Positions 24,557-37,299 of a DNA stretch of 64,000 bases are shown here, one piece after another. Made by a program: the position numbers and the translations under genes. This DNA is from Octopus sinensis (taxonomy: Eukaryota): assembly GCF_006345805.1 (NCBI RefSeq), contig NW_021834239.1, positions 6,693 to 70,692 of the forward strand, read 5' to 3'. The notes beneath the pieces were generated by a model that saw nothing but the letters and a program-made list of their open reading frames with translations, did no database searches and was not told where the DNA came from. Position 1 is the first letter of the stretch; every line of letters starts with the position of its first letter.

Positions 24557-24986
24557 GGACAACAAACAAGATGAGGACAAATATCCGGCAAATGTAAATA
24601 ATGTCAACAACGTAAATAATATATATATACATATATATATATATGTTTCTGTATGTGTGTGTGTAAAGCGCCACATGAAAGCTTTGAGATTTTCCTCACG
24701 TTCCTCTGGCTTCTGCCTTCAAATCACTTTGAGATCAAGTCTGCTTTTCAGAAATTAGAAGTCAATGCATAAAACCTCAGCTCATTACTCTCGTTGAGAC
24801 TTCATTGAGAAAAATTCCTCGTTGGTTAGAATCGAAAGAAGACACGGTAATTGCCATATCTATATTTCCAAGCTCCTACGACGCCATCGGAGATTTAGAA
24901 ACGAACGCAAAAACAAGCTTATCAATATATCGAACATCGAACATACAAATAGGCAGTCACCAGTTTTATAATATCGTCATAAGATT

Positions 24987-25363
24987 GGGAAGCGCTCCAT
25001 CGGTTACGACGACGAGGGTTCCGGTTGATCCGAATCAACGGAACAGCCTGCTTGTGAAATTAACGTGTAAGTGGCTGAGCACTCCACAGACACATGTACC
25101 CTTAACGTAGTTCTCGGGGATATTCAGCATGACACAGAGAGTGACAAGGCCGGTCCTTTGAAATACAGGTACAACAGAAACAGGAAGTAAGAGTGAGAGA
25201 AAGTTGTGGTGAAAGAGTACAGCAGGGATCACTGCCGGAGCCTCGTTGAGCTTTGGGTGTTTTCGCTCAATAAACACTCACAACGCCCGGTCTGGGAATC
25301 GAAACCGCGATCCTATGACCGCGAGTCCGCTGCCCTAACCACTGGGCCATTGCACTTCCACTA
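24987..25363 (-). mobile_element. tRNA-derived SINE (family D: C-like head plus B-like tail), 10-bp TSD
   Basis: TCATAAGATT at 24977-24986 and 25364-25373; tail identical in type to 23480-23645. Confidence 0.9.
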
Positions 25364-26104
25364 TCATAAGATTAATGTAATGGTTGTTTAATCGTCCGCC
25401 TTGATACACTACATTTAAATGACGCATAGAAACCTGGCTAAGTTAACATTTTACGAATGAGCTAATGAGTTTACATGTACAACAAATATATCGTTAAACC
25501 TGCTTCAAATAACACTCAAATTTCTCTCGCATCTCACCATGCAGTCATTCGAAATCGAATGTCACATGAGATAAATTATTTACTCTTCAGATGCTGTGTA
25601 CTTTAAAAACCAAAAGTGTTTCCGGCAGGAATGCTTTTCATCAAAGATTTTCTCAGTAAGGGCTGAACCGAGCTTCATTAAAATCGACAACAATATTTTA
25701 CTTAAATATTCACAGCATGCGTCATAAATTATATGCTTTTATGAATTGCAAATATATTCTATCAGCGTGTATAGATAAAAGATATGAGAATAAAATTTCA
25801 GTGTAAAACAGCCTTCTATAAAGGTATTTCACCATCAAAGAGTCGTATTTCCTGTCGGGCCTTTAGTCAGTTCCGGTTGAAAGTACTATTTACTTGCCTA
25901 TGAGTCAACCCTTTCCAAGAGCAAACAGCATTAGAGGGAAAGTAAGCAGGACGGATACATTCAGATAATAACAGAAGAAATCAATTATTGATAATAGTGT
26001 CTACATTTAAACACTGCAACCTTTTAGTTTTTTTTTTTTTTGTTTTTGTTTTTTGGAAATAAGAACCGATCTGTTTATCTGATTCTCTGTCTTTCTTTTG
26101 TTCC

Positions 26105-26187
<83 letters not shown>

Positions 26188-26552
26188 AACCCCTACCGAA
26201 TACACAAACACACATACACTACACGCGCATAAGCAGAGAGAGAGAGACAGACAGGCAGAAAGAGATAGGGAGAGAAAGAGGGAGACACACACAGACAGAC
26301 TCAGAGCAAGAGAGAAAGGTAGATTATATATTTATCCGAAGTTCAGTCAATACTCGGAGTATATCTTCCCTACTCGAGACTACTCCGGCTTCACAATAAT
26401 CGATAAAATTGTTCCGCGTATATATATATATATACACAGACACGTGTACCCCTTTTTTTTTTCACCATGTGCAACTCGTAAACACCAGTCGTCTTTTTTC
26501 TCTTTCCCTGTTGCCCGCTCTGGGATCTTTCTTTCCTCTCTCTTCCTTCTTT

Positions 26553-26590
26553 ATGTTTCCGACGAAGAGCTCCGCTCGAAACGTCATACC
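26553..26590 (+). ncRNA. Minimal hammerhead-like motif, U4C variant
   Basis: GTTT-CCGACGA-A-GAGC(TCC)GCTC-GAAAC-GTC-ATAC; same family as 58832-58867; stem I has one mismatch. Confidence 0.5.
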
Positions 26591-26703
26591 TCCCTGCTTC
26601 CTTTTCCTGAGCGCCTATTAATAATAATACTGTAATTGTTCCATTGTTGTTGTTTTTTTGTTTCCCGTTTGGATTAAAATTATATATATATATATATATA
26701 TTT

Positions 26704-27198
26704 GGTGCAGGAGTGGCTGTATTGTAACTAGCTTGCTTACCAACAACATGGTTCCGCGTTTATTCCACTTCGTGGCACCTTGGGCTAGTGTCTTGCACTA
26801 TAGCCTCGGGTCGACCAAAGCCTTATGAGTGGATTTGGTAGACGGAAACTGAAAGAAGCCCATCGTATATATATATATATATATGTGTGGTGTGTGTGTG
26901 TGTGTGTATGTGTGTGTGTGTGTGCGTGTGTGTGTATGTGCGTGTGTGTGTGTGTATGTAATGTATATGTGTGTGAATATATGTTTGTATGCCTGTGTTT
27001 GAACCCCCAACATCGCTTGACAACCGATGGTAGTGTGTTTACGACCCGTATCTTAGCGGTTCGGCAAAACAGACAGAGAGATTAAGTACTAGGCTTAGAA
27101 AGACTATGTCCTGGGGTCGATTTGCTCCACTGAAGGCGGTGCTCCAGCATGGCCGCAGTCAAATGACTGAAACAAGTAGAGGAGTAAAGAGTAAAGAG
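26704..27198 (+). mobile_element. SINE family E, full length, with internal (TA)/(TG) microsatellite
   Basis: Head GGTGCAGGAGTGGCTGT..., internal TA/TG run 26866-26975, tail ...GCTCCAGCATGGCCGCAGTCAAATGACTGAAACAAGTAGAGGAGTAAAGAG. Confidence 0.85.
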
Positions 27199-27640
27199 CA
27201 TGTGTCGTCTGAATTAATTCTCCGAACTGTGGTCACTGCAGAGCGTCAAACTTGAGGCAGTCCAGTAGCATTATGCTAAGAAGGTTGAATCGGTGAAACA
27301 GATGAGCAACTGAGCGAGGTTAAAGGATCTGAAACGCTAGTCCCTAGAGAGGTGTCAAACATCTGCAGTGGTATACATATGTGTGATCCTGGAAGGTTGG
27401 GGTTGAAAGCAATACCAACCACTGGACGGCACTGCATAGCACCAAAGGTCCTGTCGTCCTCATCTCGAAAAATACCCTGTACTGTAACAGCTTGGGTTTT
27501 AAGGCTTCTGAACTGTACGATATTCTGCCAAACTACCTCAGAGATTTGCCTGGTGTAGATGTGGAGGTTTTCAACTACGATGGACAAATTCTTATCTAAA
27601 ATAGCAGTTGAATCCATTTCGGGGTAGAAAGCGAAAAGAA
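27199..27640 (+). mobile_element. CR1/L2-group LINE 3' ORF2 remnant
   Basis: Plus-strand frames give CRLN*FSELWS, AVQ*HYAKKV, RLKDLKR*SLER, VVYICVILEG, TGRHCIAPK, YCNSLGFKASELYDILPNYLRDLPGVDVEVF, which follow the CR1/L2 RT C-terminal pattern (SRLDYCSQLW, LEAIQR, LYSLERRR, NSLGFRGP). Confidence 0.8.
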
Positions 27641-28019
27641 GAGCCCTCCGTTCAGCTTGCTTTTCCACCAAAAGCAATACAAATAAGAAACCCGAAAACT
27701 CTGTAAGGCGGTGTTCCAGTATGATCCCTGTCTCTGGCTGAAACCAGTGAAAAGTAAAAGATAAAAGATATATTTACGTATGCGTATATCGCAATTCTTG
27801 ACGTCATCATCAATCTAGATAATAGAAACAAATAACACTATCCCACGCTACATATTGTGAATGATCTCCAGTAACATTGGAGGATATATTTCCTGTCTAA
27901 CACTACATTTGTCACAACATTGAAGCAGAGAGCTGCGCTGTTTCTGACTATTCAATCCTCATTGAGTAACCACGAGATCAAAATAATTCCAGGTGTCAAC
28001 ATCCCCTCTAAATTTTCTG

Positions 28020-28294
28020 CAAATTAACGTGTAAGTGGCTGAGAACTCCACAGACACGTGTACCCTTAACGTAGTTCTCGGGGATATTCAGCGTGACACA
28101 GAGAGTGACAAGGCCGGCCCTTTGAAATACAGGTACAACAAAAACAGGAAGTAAGAGTGAGAGAAAGTTGTGGTGAAAGAGTACAGCAGGGATCACCACC
28201 ACCCTCTGCCGGAGCCTCGTGGGGCTTTAGGTGTTTTTGCTCAATAAACACTCACAACGCCCGGTCTGGGAATCGAAACCGCGATCCTATGACC
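28020..28294 (-). mobile_element. SINE family D, truncated
   Basis: Near-identical to 25057-25322. Confidence 0.85.
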
Positions 28295-29769
28295 CAAATC
28301 ATTCTAGACTGATGAATGCTTTTTACGATTTCTAAGAAGATAGGAGGTAGATTGAGGGTATATGTAACTGGTATTTCTAGGAAATCAAACAGATACATAG
28401 AGTTTTCTTTATTAGCTGGTTTTGTTGAACAATCTTAAGGAACAATTTAACCGTCTGAGCTCATTTAAAATATTTTGCCTCGTGTAAGATATCTCTATTA
28501 CAAAATTGTCTAAGAAGTTGCTTAAAGTATTCGGGAATAACATTTGGAAATACTTCGACTTACGTCAGTAATTGGTTCCGAGATACGGGACTAAACTCGA
28601 ACAGCAACGTGACATAATAAATACCGTAAAAAGTTTAACAATTTATGCATTTTAATAAATCGATTGTACATAATTTTACATGCGCTTTATTTAATGTTTC
28701 ATTTCAGTATTGGTTTTTATGGGATTTTAAAGAGGTTATATACTTTCAAATATATTCTCTGAAACCGTCGTAAAGTCGGATAAATCAACTAAAGATAAGA
28801 CTAATCTTTGGTATTTTTTCATGAAAAGAAGAACGACGTGAAGTCGAATGAAACTTATCTCGAAACGACGTATGTTGAGATATGCCTGCATAGAAATTAT
28901 TGATAATAAATTTGTTACTATGTCTTTGATTAATATGATAATTTATTCAGACCTGATATGTTGCCTCATATCAGAGGCTGAATGTTTGATATTTATGAAA
29001 ACAAGCTAAAAATAAGACGAGCAAGGAACGAAAGAAGCATCAGTCATAATACATAAATTTCTATTGTGTGTATAACTCCAGTGAATAGAAGTAATTAAGA
29101 TTGTTTTCTAACTTCGGCAAAAGTCAATGGAACTAATTATTATTAATAACATTTAATTCGTGTTAAAATAACGAACGAAACGGGTTTCACGCCACTCGCA
29201 ACAATTTATGTAATATATTTGTTTATCAATCAAATCTGATTAAATCGAAGTAAACATAACATAAATTTTACTTCACATAATTTTTACTTCATGCGATGTT
29301 TTGCTTTTCCCCACTATTTTAAACACAGTAACATTTTATTAAAAAGGATCTTGTGATATAAATATTGAATTATAAAGATGTAGTGTTTACATTAAGTAAC
29401 ACAGTTTTATCCTAAGCAGTAAATGTTATTTTCTAATTCCGTGTGATAAATTGTATAGAAAATTACTAATATTGGCTTAAAAATTTGCTCTTGTAATTTC
29501 AATAATAGTATTTAGATTTTGACTCATTTTCTCTGCGATAACGGTGGATCTTCCGCTTCTTCATTCACATATGGTCTGAAAAAAATATATATAAATCAAT
29601 TTTCTTTTGTGTTTTATATGTGTGTGTATTTAGGTTTTACAAAAAGGTATTAATAAACAAAATTAGAAGCTTTTATTTCTGAGATTTATGAATATTTTGC
29701 AAACAACTTCCAGGAATTAAGCTCATAGTGTTGCAACATATTATCATTGTACGAACATGAGGAGCAGTG

Positions 29770-30295
29770 CTCAGAGCAATATTTGACTCCAGTGGGATAT
29801 GGAATTAAACGATGAACAGTTGGAATTTATATTGTATTACATGACGAACCTCCAAGATCAGTTCAGGAATTCTCTTGAGGTTTTCATTCATTCGACGACG
29901 GTCGACGGTCACCCTGAACAAAGTTTGTCTTCAAACGACAAGCGGCCATTCTTAAAGCATAAAAATTACTGGTAACGTTGTGTTTTGCTCTCGGCAGCGT
30001 CCTTGTAAATTGTTTAAAGCATGACAACTGTTTCGGGCGCCGTTTTCCCAAGCGGAAAACAGAATTTCATGGAAGCATACAGTTCCTTCGTTCCAACCAT
30101 CGCAAAAAATCGACGAACAACGGAGAAGCACTGTAAAACAAAGACGTACCACGTGGCAATATGACTTCAATCGACGACGCCAGTTGGCAGACTGACGCCT
30201 GAGAGTTGCATCAAGTGGCTTCTAGCGGTAGAAGCTCGAACTACAACTGGTTTGTCCCACAGAGAACATTTCCGGTTATTTTGGGTACCTCCTCA
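29770..30295 (-). mobile_element. mariner transposon 5' remnant (TIR plus N-terminal HTH)
   Basis: Terminus TA|TGAGGAGGTACCCAAAATAACCGGAA; from ATG at 30100: MVGTKELYASMKFCFPLGKTAPETVVML*TIYKDAAESKTQRYQ*FLCFKNGRLSFEDKLCSG*PST, matching the mariner KFCF.LGK.A.ET...F.RFKNG..S.ED..RSGRPST pattern. Confidence 0.85.
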
Positions 30296-30341
30296 TACTA
30301 ACAATTCTGCCAACTCGCCTCCTTACTTAATAATAATAATA

Positions 30342-30403
<62 letters not shown>

Positions 30404-30404
<1 letters not shown>

Positions 30405-30965
30405 CAGTACCAGCACCAGTAATACCAGTTCCAGGCAGTGGCTCTCATGGCTTCTGATCTTAACTGATTGGAAGTGTTATCATGTACATTGTTTTGTCTT
30501 TGTATAAAAGATGGGCTACAGCAAATATTCTGCTCAATACCACAGATTTGCTTGTCAGTTGTTTGACCTTAACCAGTTGAGCATGTCCCTTAGTGGCTGA
30601 CGATATGTGCATCTCTGATCACGAGAAGAAGTAGTGGGGGAGCATCATAGCCATGTGTTGAGAAGGATTCTTTGGGGCTTGAATAATTCACCTCTGGAAA
30701 CATGGGTGTTTCGTGTTTCGTTCCTTAAACAACCCTTATTCAGGGACCTTTTGAGCGGGATGGGTTACTCGATCTGAAGAAAATTCTAACTGGGCTCCAC
30801 CTGCAAGGTCATGTGCTGTTTATCTTAATATGAGATCACCATGTCGCGCACATATGGTTGTGATGCATGTGTACCCTTATCAGACGGGTAGTCATGATGG
30901 GTATACTGGGCTTCGTATATTTTACCCCAGTGTCACTTTGATGGCATGCTCTGCTCGCTCACTCA
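30404..30965 (+). mobile_element. Non-coding ~560-bp element flanked by (AAT)n on both sides (possible 3' UTR of a LINE)
   Basis: GC-richer unique block between (AAT)n 30328-30403 and (AAT)n 30966-30981; no ORF homology recognised. Family identity is inferred. Confidence 0.5.
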
Positions 30966-32097
30966 ATAATAATAATAATAATCTTTTACACTATAGGTAC
31001 TGGTCTGAACTTTTAGGGCACGACCCCAGCGCAATAACTACACAAACGACTTGCTAAGTCAGGAGTATACCAGAAAGTCTATATAGTTTTGTTCTGTTTA
31101 TATTTAACAAGGAAACGAATTGAGAAACGGAAAAATGAATATAATGACAAAGGGTCCCTTTTCATAAGTTGAACAAATGTAACATGAATCTGGTACAATT
31201 CAACTATTTTACGCCTAGCAATGCAATGTGTTGTTGTCTTTTTTCTCAGTTCAAAAGAACCAGATGCTCAGCAACATCTTACATATGTTTCCTGCTATAT
31301 GCATTTTAATGACGCCAATACAGTAAGAGTCTTGGCTTTCTTTCAATTGTTAGTACGATTCTCGAAAAGCGTAAAAATCGATTCTCCAATGAAAGATATT
31401 TGCGAAATAAAATCCGTAAAACTAAAGTTTAATGAAACATTTGAACATCTGGGATTTTGTTCTTGTTACCGTAAACATCGACTCGAAAATGTTTTAATTC
31501 TATTTTACTGTGAAAATAATGTTCCAGTAAAAAGAAGGAATGCATTTCATAATTTTATTGATACAGCTCTCGAAATCAATTTCTATATCGGTGAAAAAAA
31601 TTTTGATTTTAATATGCAATCAATCTATTATTAGTCTGACTGCTTATAAACTATTAATCTATTAACAATATTTGATGATAGAGTGGAGTGGAATCTAAGG
31701 CGGATACTGTGAGACAGACAGATAAAAAGATGACAAATAACGAATCAATGAAATTCAAATAAAATAGATTAAAAAAAAAATAAATGTGTAATTTTTATAG
31801 CGAGGGGGAAAGGAGGAAACGAACTCCGCCACCGTCACTTCCGACAGAAATAAACTGACCTAAACAGAAAAAAAAATGTTTAACTAATAAAAGGAAAAAA
31901 ATATACAAGAATGAAATAAATTCGGTAAAACAAAAAATAACACAGACCCCCCCCCCAATACACGAGCGAAGCGGGAGGAGGAGAAGAAATAGGAATATTA
32001 TATAAATGATATGAAGTAGAGGGATGAACGGTAAAGGGAAAAGCAAAAAAGAATAACTGGAAAATTTTTTGATAAGAAAATAAACAATAAACAATAC

Positions 32098-32129
32098 CAA
32101 CAACAACAACAGCAATAATAATAATAATA

Positions 32130-32174
<45 letters not shown>

Positions 32175-32231
32175 TAATAATAATAATAATAATAATAGTA
32201 ATAATAATAATAATAATATAATAATAATAAC

Positions 32232-32282
<51 letters not shown>

Positions 32283-32334
32283 GATGATCATCATCATCAT
32301 CTTCATGATCATGATCACGATGATAATAATAATA

Positions 32335-32382
<48 letters not shown>

Positions 32383-32432
32383 TAATAATAACAATAATAA
32401 TAATAATAATGATAATAATGATAATAATAATA

Positions 32433-32509
<77 letters not shown>

Positions 32510-32510
32510 T
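32098..32510. repeat. Long (AAT)n array with ATC/ATG interruptions
   Basis: Direct reading. Confidence 0.95.
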
Positions 32511-33479
32511 GAGAGGACCTTCCTCTCATTCATATCCTTGTGTGAATGAGTCAGAGATAACTCATTATAGCTAGACATCACTTTTATATCGATATTGAAC
32601 GGAAATGTACAAAGAGATAACCCCCCGAATGTATATAAAAATAAAAAAACAATCACACACACAAAAGAAATGCAGATGTAATAAATTAAAGAAAGGAAGG
32701 AATAAGAAAAATGGAAATAAAAATAGTGAAAAATAAATAAGCGAACCTCCAAAAAAAAAAAAAGAATTACAAGAATTTAAATACCAACGGAAAAAGTAAA
32801 GTAATATGAATGAAGATTAGCTGTAATGATCATATCAGTGGATTTGGAAAACAAATTATTTCAACCGAGGCATTTACGAACGCTATGTACTTGTGGTTGA
32901 GATATTGGGCGCCACTCCGTTGCTAAGTGGCTCGGATCGGGTCTGGGATTTTCCATGTTCAAACAGGTGTTTCGATGATTTATTGAAGCAATTATTTATG
33001 TTTAAACAGTTCTGACTCATTGTTTGCATGTAACTATTTCCCGATACACATTTTTTTGTTTCTTTCATATTATTCTCTGCCAAGTGAGAGTGGTAGAGAA
33101 GACTGAGGTGGTTCTCTTACCGCTGAATGTCGATTCAACTAGACTTCATTGATTTATCGCTGTTGTAATATTTTCTGGTACAAATTTTTGCGTTATGTAT
33201 TATAAAACAATATAAGTTTCAATTAAGTGTTCCGAGCTATATTTCATGAGATATTCGTTGCAGAGACCAATGCTAGATTTTGGTGCAAATCTGCAATAGC
33301 ACCATATAATTTTAAATTTTTATTGGAGATAGAATGCATGTGACAAAATCTGTTTGTGATTGCTGTTCGCCCATACTTATATAAATTTGTCAAAGATATT
33401 AGTAGGTAGACATGTGAAGCCTCCAATTTAGAAGTGCTGCATGGGAAATAAATGGCTAAAATTATATTCTATTCCGATA

Positions 33480-33920
33480 CATTCGCTACAATATTGTTAC
33501 TATATATTTGAAACAAATTTTCGAAACAGAATATATCATATACAGTTCTATATTTAAGACATAAGGAATTATGTAATTGGAATTTTTGAAAAGTAAATAT
33601 TTTGCATTATGTAGCTTGTTATTCTCTTTAAGTGAACATTTTTCTGGTTGAAATACACCGAAAAATGGCGACACAGCAGTCAAGAAATCGTAAAAAATGG
33701 GGATTTTCATAGAAAAAAAAGCACCTTTTTTATGCAAATAATTTTTGGTGTTAACATGGTCCGATTTGAATTCCTTCTACGAAAGGAAGAGAAAGCCTCC
33801 TTCTATCAAACTCTCAATTTTGGTCAACTTGCGCCGCAGGGTCTAGGAGGAGATAGTGTTAGTTGATGGCTACCAAACTTGCCATACACAGACAACTTCA
33901 GCTTTATATAAATAGAGATT
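33480..33920 (+). mobile_element. Possible Helentron/DINE-like non-autonomous element
   Basis: Ends ...CATACACAGACAACTTCAGCTTTATATAAATAGAGAT, resembling DINE/HINE-type 3' ends; no coding support, 5' boundary uncertain. Confidence 0.3.
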
Positions 33921-34824
33921 TGTAAACTTAGACGTTATATATATTTGTACGGGCGACTCCATGATTGTGATAGTCAGGATCGTTCTATTTGAAACATTAG
34001 AAGTATTTAAAAGATGTTAGCGAACATTTAAATAATGTTTATATCAAGAGAGGCGAACTGTTAGAGTTTTTAGAGTTGTCATTTATGAATAAGTAATAAA
34101 ATCTTTTAAAATGTCTGCTTAAAAGAATGTTTATGACAGGAAATAAGAATTTAGTCAGTCTGACCTTCTGTACATGAATCGGTTCATATTGCTAATCATC
34201 TTGTTAATCGAAATATCACGACATTCCTGTTATTCAACACAAGAAAGTAGGTTTTCTGTCTACAGAAGATACGCTACTACTTCGATAAAATATATCACAA
34301 ATAAGACACACGAATCAAAATATTGTTAGATGTAACGTGTCTGTGTAATATATGTAATGGGGATAAATGCTTCCTCGAAAAAAGGGTTGAATTTTAGTCT
34401 GTGATTAAATTTAATAAAATTATCGAAATAGTTTTCTAACTGAATATATTGACTTTATATTTCCTTTTTATTTTTTAAGGAGTCTTCCCAAAAGTCTTTA
34501 TTCAAATTCCGACGTCTGCATACTTACGATTTTCTCTCCCTGTGGAGCTTTGAACATCGACGACTTTTTCCCCCATTCTTGACCCTGGTCAGTCTTCAAG
34601 CCACTCACTCAATAAAGGCAGGTGCACATACTAAAGGACCCAGGTCATAAAGGAAGATGCACGTACTTAGAGCCCAATTATGTCAGGTTTGAATTGTTAT
34701 CGTTGTATATATTTGGTTTTCCTTTGTACTGGTGTTGAGCCAACACAAACAATTTTACCTCTGAGAGAATTTGACCCTTAGCCTGGCCTCTATCATTTGA
34801 CATGTTTAGCATGAACCTCTAATT

Positions 34825-35089
34825 GACTGGAACGTAAACACACCAACACCATTTGCCAATTGGTAGCTGGGGACAAACTGTGTCGCAAACACCCCCCACA
34901 CAGGTATATATGCATATATATATATATATATATATATACGACGGACATCTGTCAGTTTCCATCTACAAAATCCACTCACAAGGCTTTGATCGATCTGTGG
35001 GTATAGTAGAGGACACTCGCCGAAGGTGTCACGCAGTGGGACTGAACTCGGATCAATGTGCTTTGGATACAAGCATTACAGCCACACCT
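34825..35089 (-). mobile_element. SINE family E 5' half with internal TA run
   Basis: Reverse complement matches 26704-27050. Confidence 0.75.
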
Positions 35090-35777
35090 AAGCTTATAAC
35101 AATGTTTATATATAGACACATGAAAATATATAAGAAATTTTGCCCATGTGTTATCAGTAGTACTTTCACCAATGTGATCCTGTCATTGCTATCACTTCTA
35201 CCGACAATTGGCAAAAAGTTTCTCTCAATACTCACAAAACATCTCCATCTTATGTTGAATCAAGTTTAGCAACACTAGAGATTTTTCTGTCAGAATATAT
35301 ATAACAGACTTCGAATTGTGTGGTGACAACTGTCGCAATCAATCAGTCCAATTATTTATAGCAACCGTATTTCATCGGCCAAATAGGATTAAATCATACG
35401 TAAATATTTGATACAAGAATCTGCCATCTTCGCATATAATTCCCATCACCATTCTAAGTGCCACTAGTAAATACAATGAACTGTAAATTATAAAATTATA
35501 TAAAAGTTGCTTATTTTGCATACGAGAAAATTGTTTAGCATGTGACATATTGCAATTGTCAGATTGCTCCGATACTACAGCAAGAAAAAAAAAAGATTTT
35601 GGTCATAAAGTTTTAGAAATGTCAATCTTGCTGATTTCTTATTTATTCCCATTGATAATTGGCATACTTTCTTCGAAAATTCTTCCTGCGCATCGTTAAG
35701 TTTTATGTTTTCAGTTGTCATTTATATTGGCGTATAATGAGGACATACATTGAAACGTACTCACCGATATACGCATT

Positions 35778-35779
<2 letters not shown>

Positions 35780-35811
<32 letters not shown>

Positions 35812-36014
35812 ATTATATAGAGAGAGAGAGAGAGGAGAGAGGGGGGGAAGATAAATTGATAGATAGATAGGTAAATAGATAAATCGATAGATAGATCGAT
35901 TGATAGGTGGGTAGATAGAAAGATAGATGGGTAGATAGATAGATAAATAGATAGAGAGATAGAGAGATTAATATATATATATATATATCGAGAGAGAGAG
36001 AGAGAGAGAGAGAC

Positions 36015-36087
<73 letters not shown>

Positions 36088-36113
36088 GTAGATAGGTAGA
36101 TATATATATATAT

Positions 36114-36163
<50 letters not shown>

Positions 36164-36170
36164 TGATTGA
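35780..36170. repeat. TA/GA/GATA compound microsatellite
   Basis: Direct reading; no Tx1 end inside it. Confidence 0.95.
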
Positions 36171-36602
36171 TGTCTTCAGAGTATAAACTTCATTCTACAT
36201 TCAATAAAAAATGGAGAGAACAGGAAAGAAAGAGAAAATAAACATCGAGAGAAAGAATGTTAGAGTTACTCAGTGTTTCTTTACATTACCAAGTTCAAAT
36301 CCAGGTGGTATTGAAGATACAGCGATTTCAGCCATTTTGTTTTAATTTGTCCCTTTGGATAGCTGGATTCATAATTTTAATTCTAATTTAAATTAGGATG
36401 TTAATTGTGTGAAGATTGTAATGCTGATGTACAATAGTAGCTTTCCTTTTGTTTTATTTCTTATTCCCTTCTTCGTCTTCACTGATTGAAACTGTTTTAA
36501 TTTCTAACCAGAATATTGATTATGTATAAGAAATGGCATTGAAATGTATCTAATAATTCTCATTTAGTTCTAAATGTATATCCGTAAACATATGTTTATA
36601 TA

Positions 36603-36712
36603 TTCTTCTTCTTCTTCTTCTTCTTCTTCTTCTTCTTCTTCTTCTTCTTCTTCTTCTTCTTCTTCTTCTTCTTCTTCTTCTTCTTCTTCTTCTTCTTCTT
36701 CTTCTTCTTCTT

Positions 36713-36743
<31 letters not shown>

Positions 36744-37180
36744 ATCCTTTTTTCCCCTTGTGGAGCATAGGGCCACAACATTTGTTTTCCACCTTTTGCG
36801 GTCATTGGCGTGTTGCTTGGCTGCTTCCCATGTCAGGCCGGTGGTCCTGAGATCGTCCAAAATGCTCCGTTTCCATGTCTGCTTTGGGCGTCCTCGCTTC
36901 CTTTTCCCCTGCGGGTTCCAGTCAAATGCTTGTCATGTCACATTTGAGGGTTCTTTCCGCAGTGAGTGTCCAATCCATCTCCATTTCCTTCGTCTAATCT
37001 GAACATGTATGTGCTCCTGGTTGGCCCTTTCCCACAGGTCGGTGTTTGGCACTCTGTCGAACCACTTCAGATGGAGGATCTGCCGGAGACATTCGTTGAT
37101 GAAGGTCTGGATCTTCTTGTAGTTGCTACATGTGGCTCTCCATGTTTCAGAGCCATACAAATGCACCGATTTTACGTTTT
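36603..37180 (-). mobile_element. 5'-truncated RTE-clade LINE with (GAA)n tail and 12-bp TSD
   Basis: LYGSETW...CLRQILHLKWFDRVPNTDLWER...IRRRKWRWIGHSLRK...WNPQGKRKRGRPKQTW; TATGTTTATATA at 36591-36602 and 37181-37192. Confidence 0.93.
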
Positions 37181-37299
37181 TATGTTTATATAGTGATGCT
37201 CTATCTGTATAAATTAGCAGATAAATAGATCACTAGTATATTCAGGTGATTGTTTTTATTTGAAAGAAAATACTAATAGAACGTAAAGTATAATAGCCA

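Noticed and set aside
27276-27677. 133-aa minus-strand ORF that looks like an ordinary protein
   Set aside because: It is the antisense of the plus-strand CR1/L2-like remnant.
31221-31634. 137-aa plus-strand ORF
   Set aside because: AT-rich, no recognisable motif or splice support.
36550-36805. Poly-Arg and poly-Lys ORFs
   Set aside because: Translations of the (GAA)n RTE tail.
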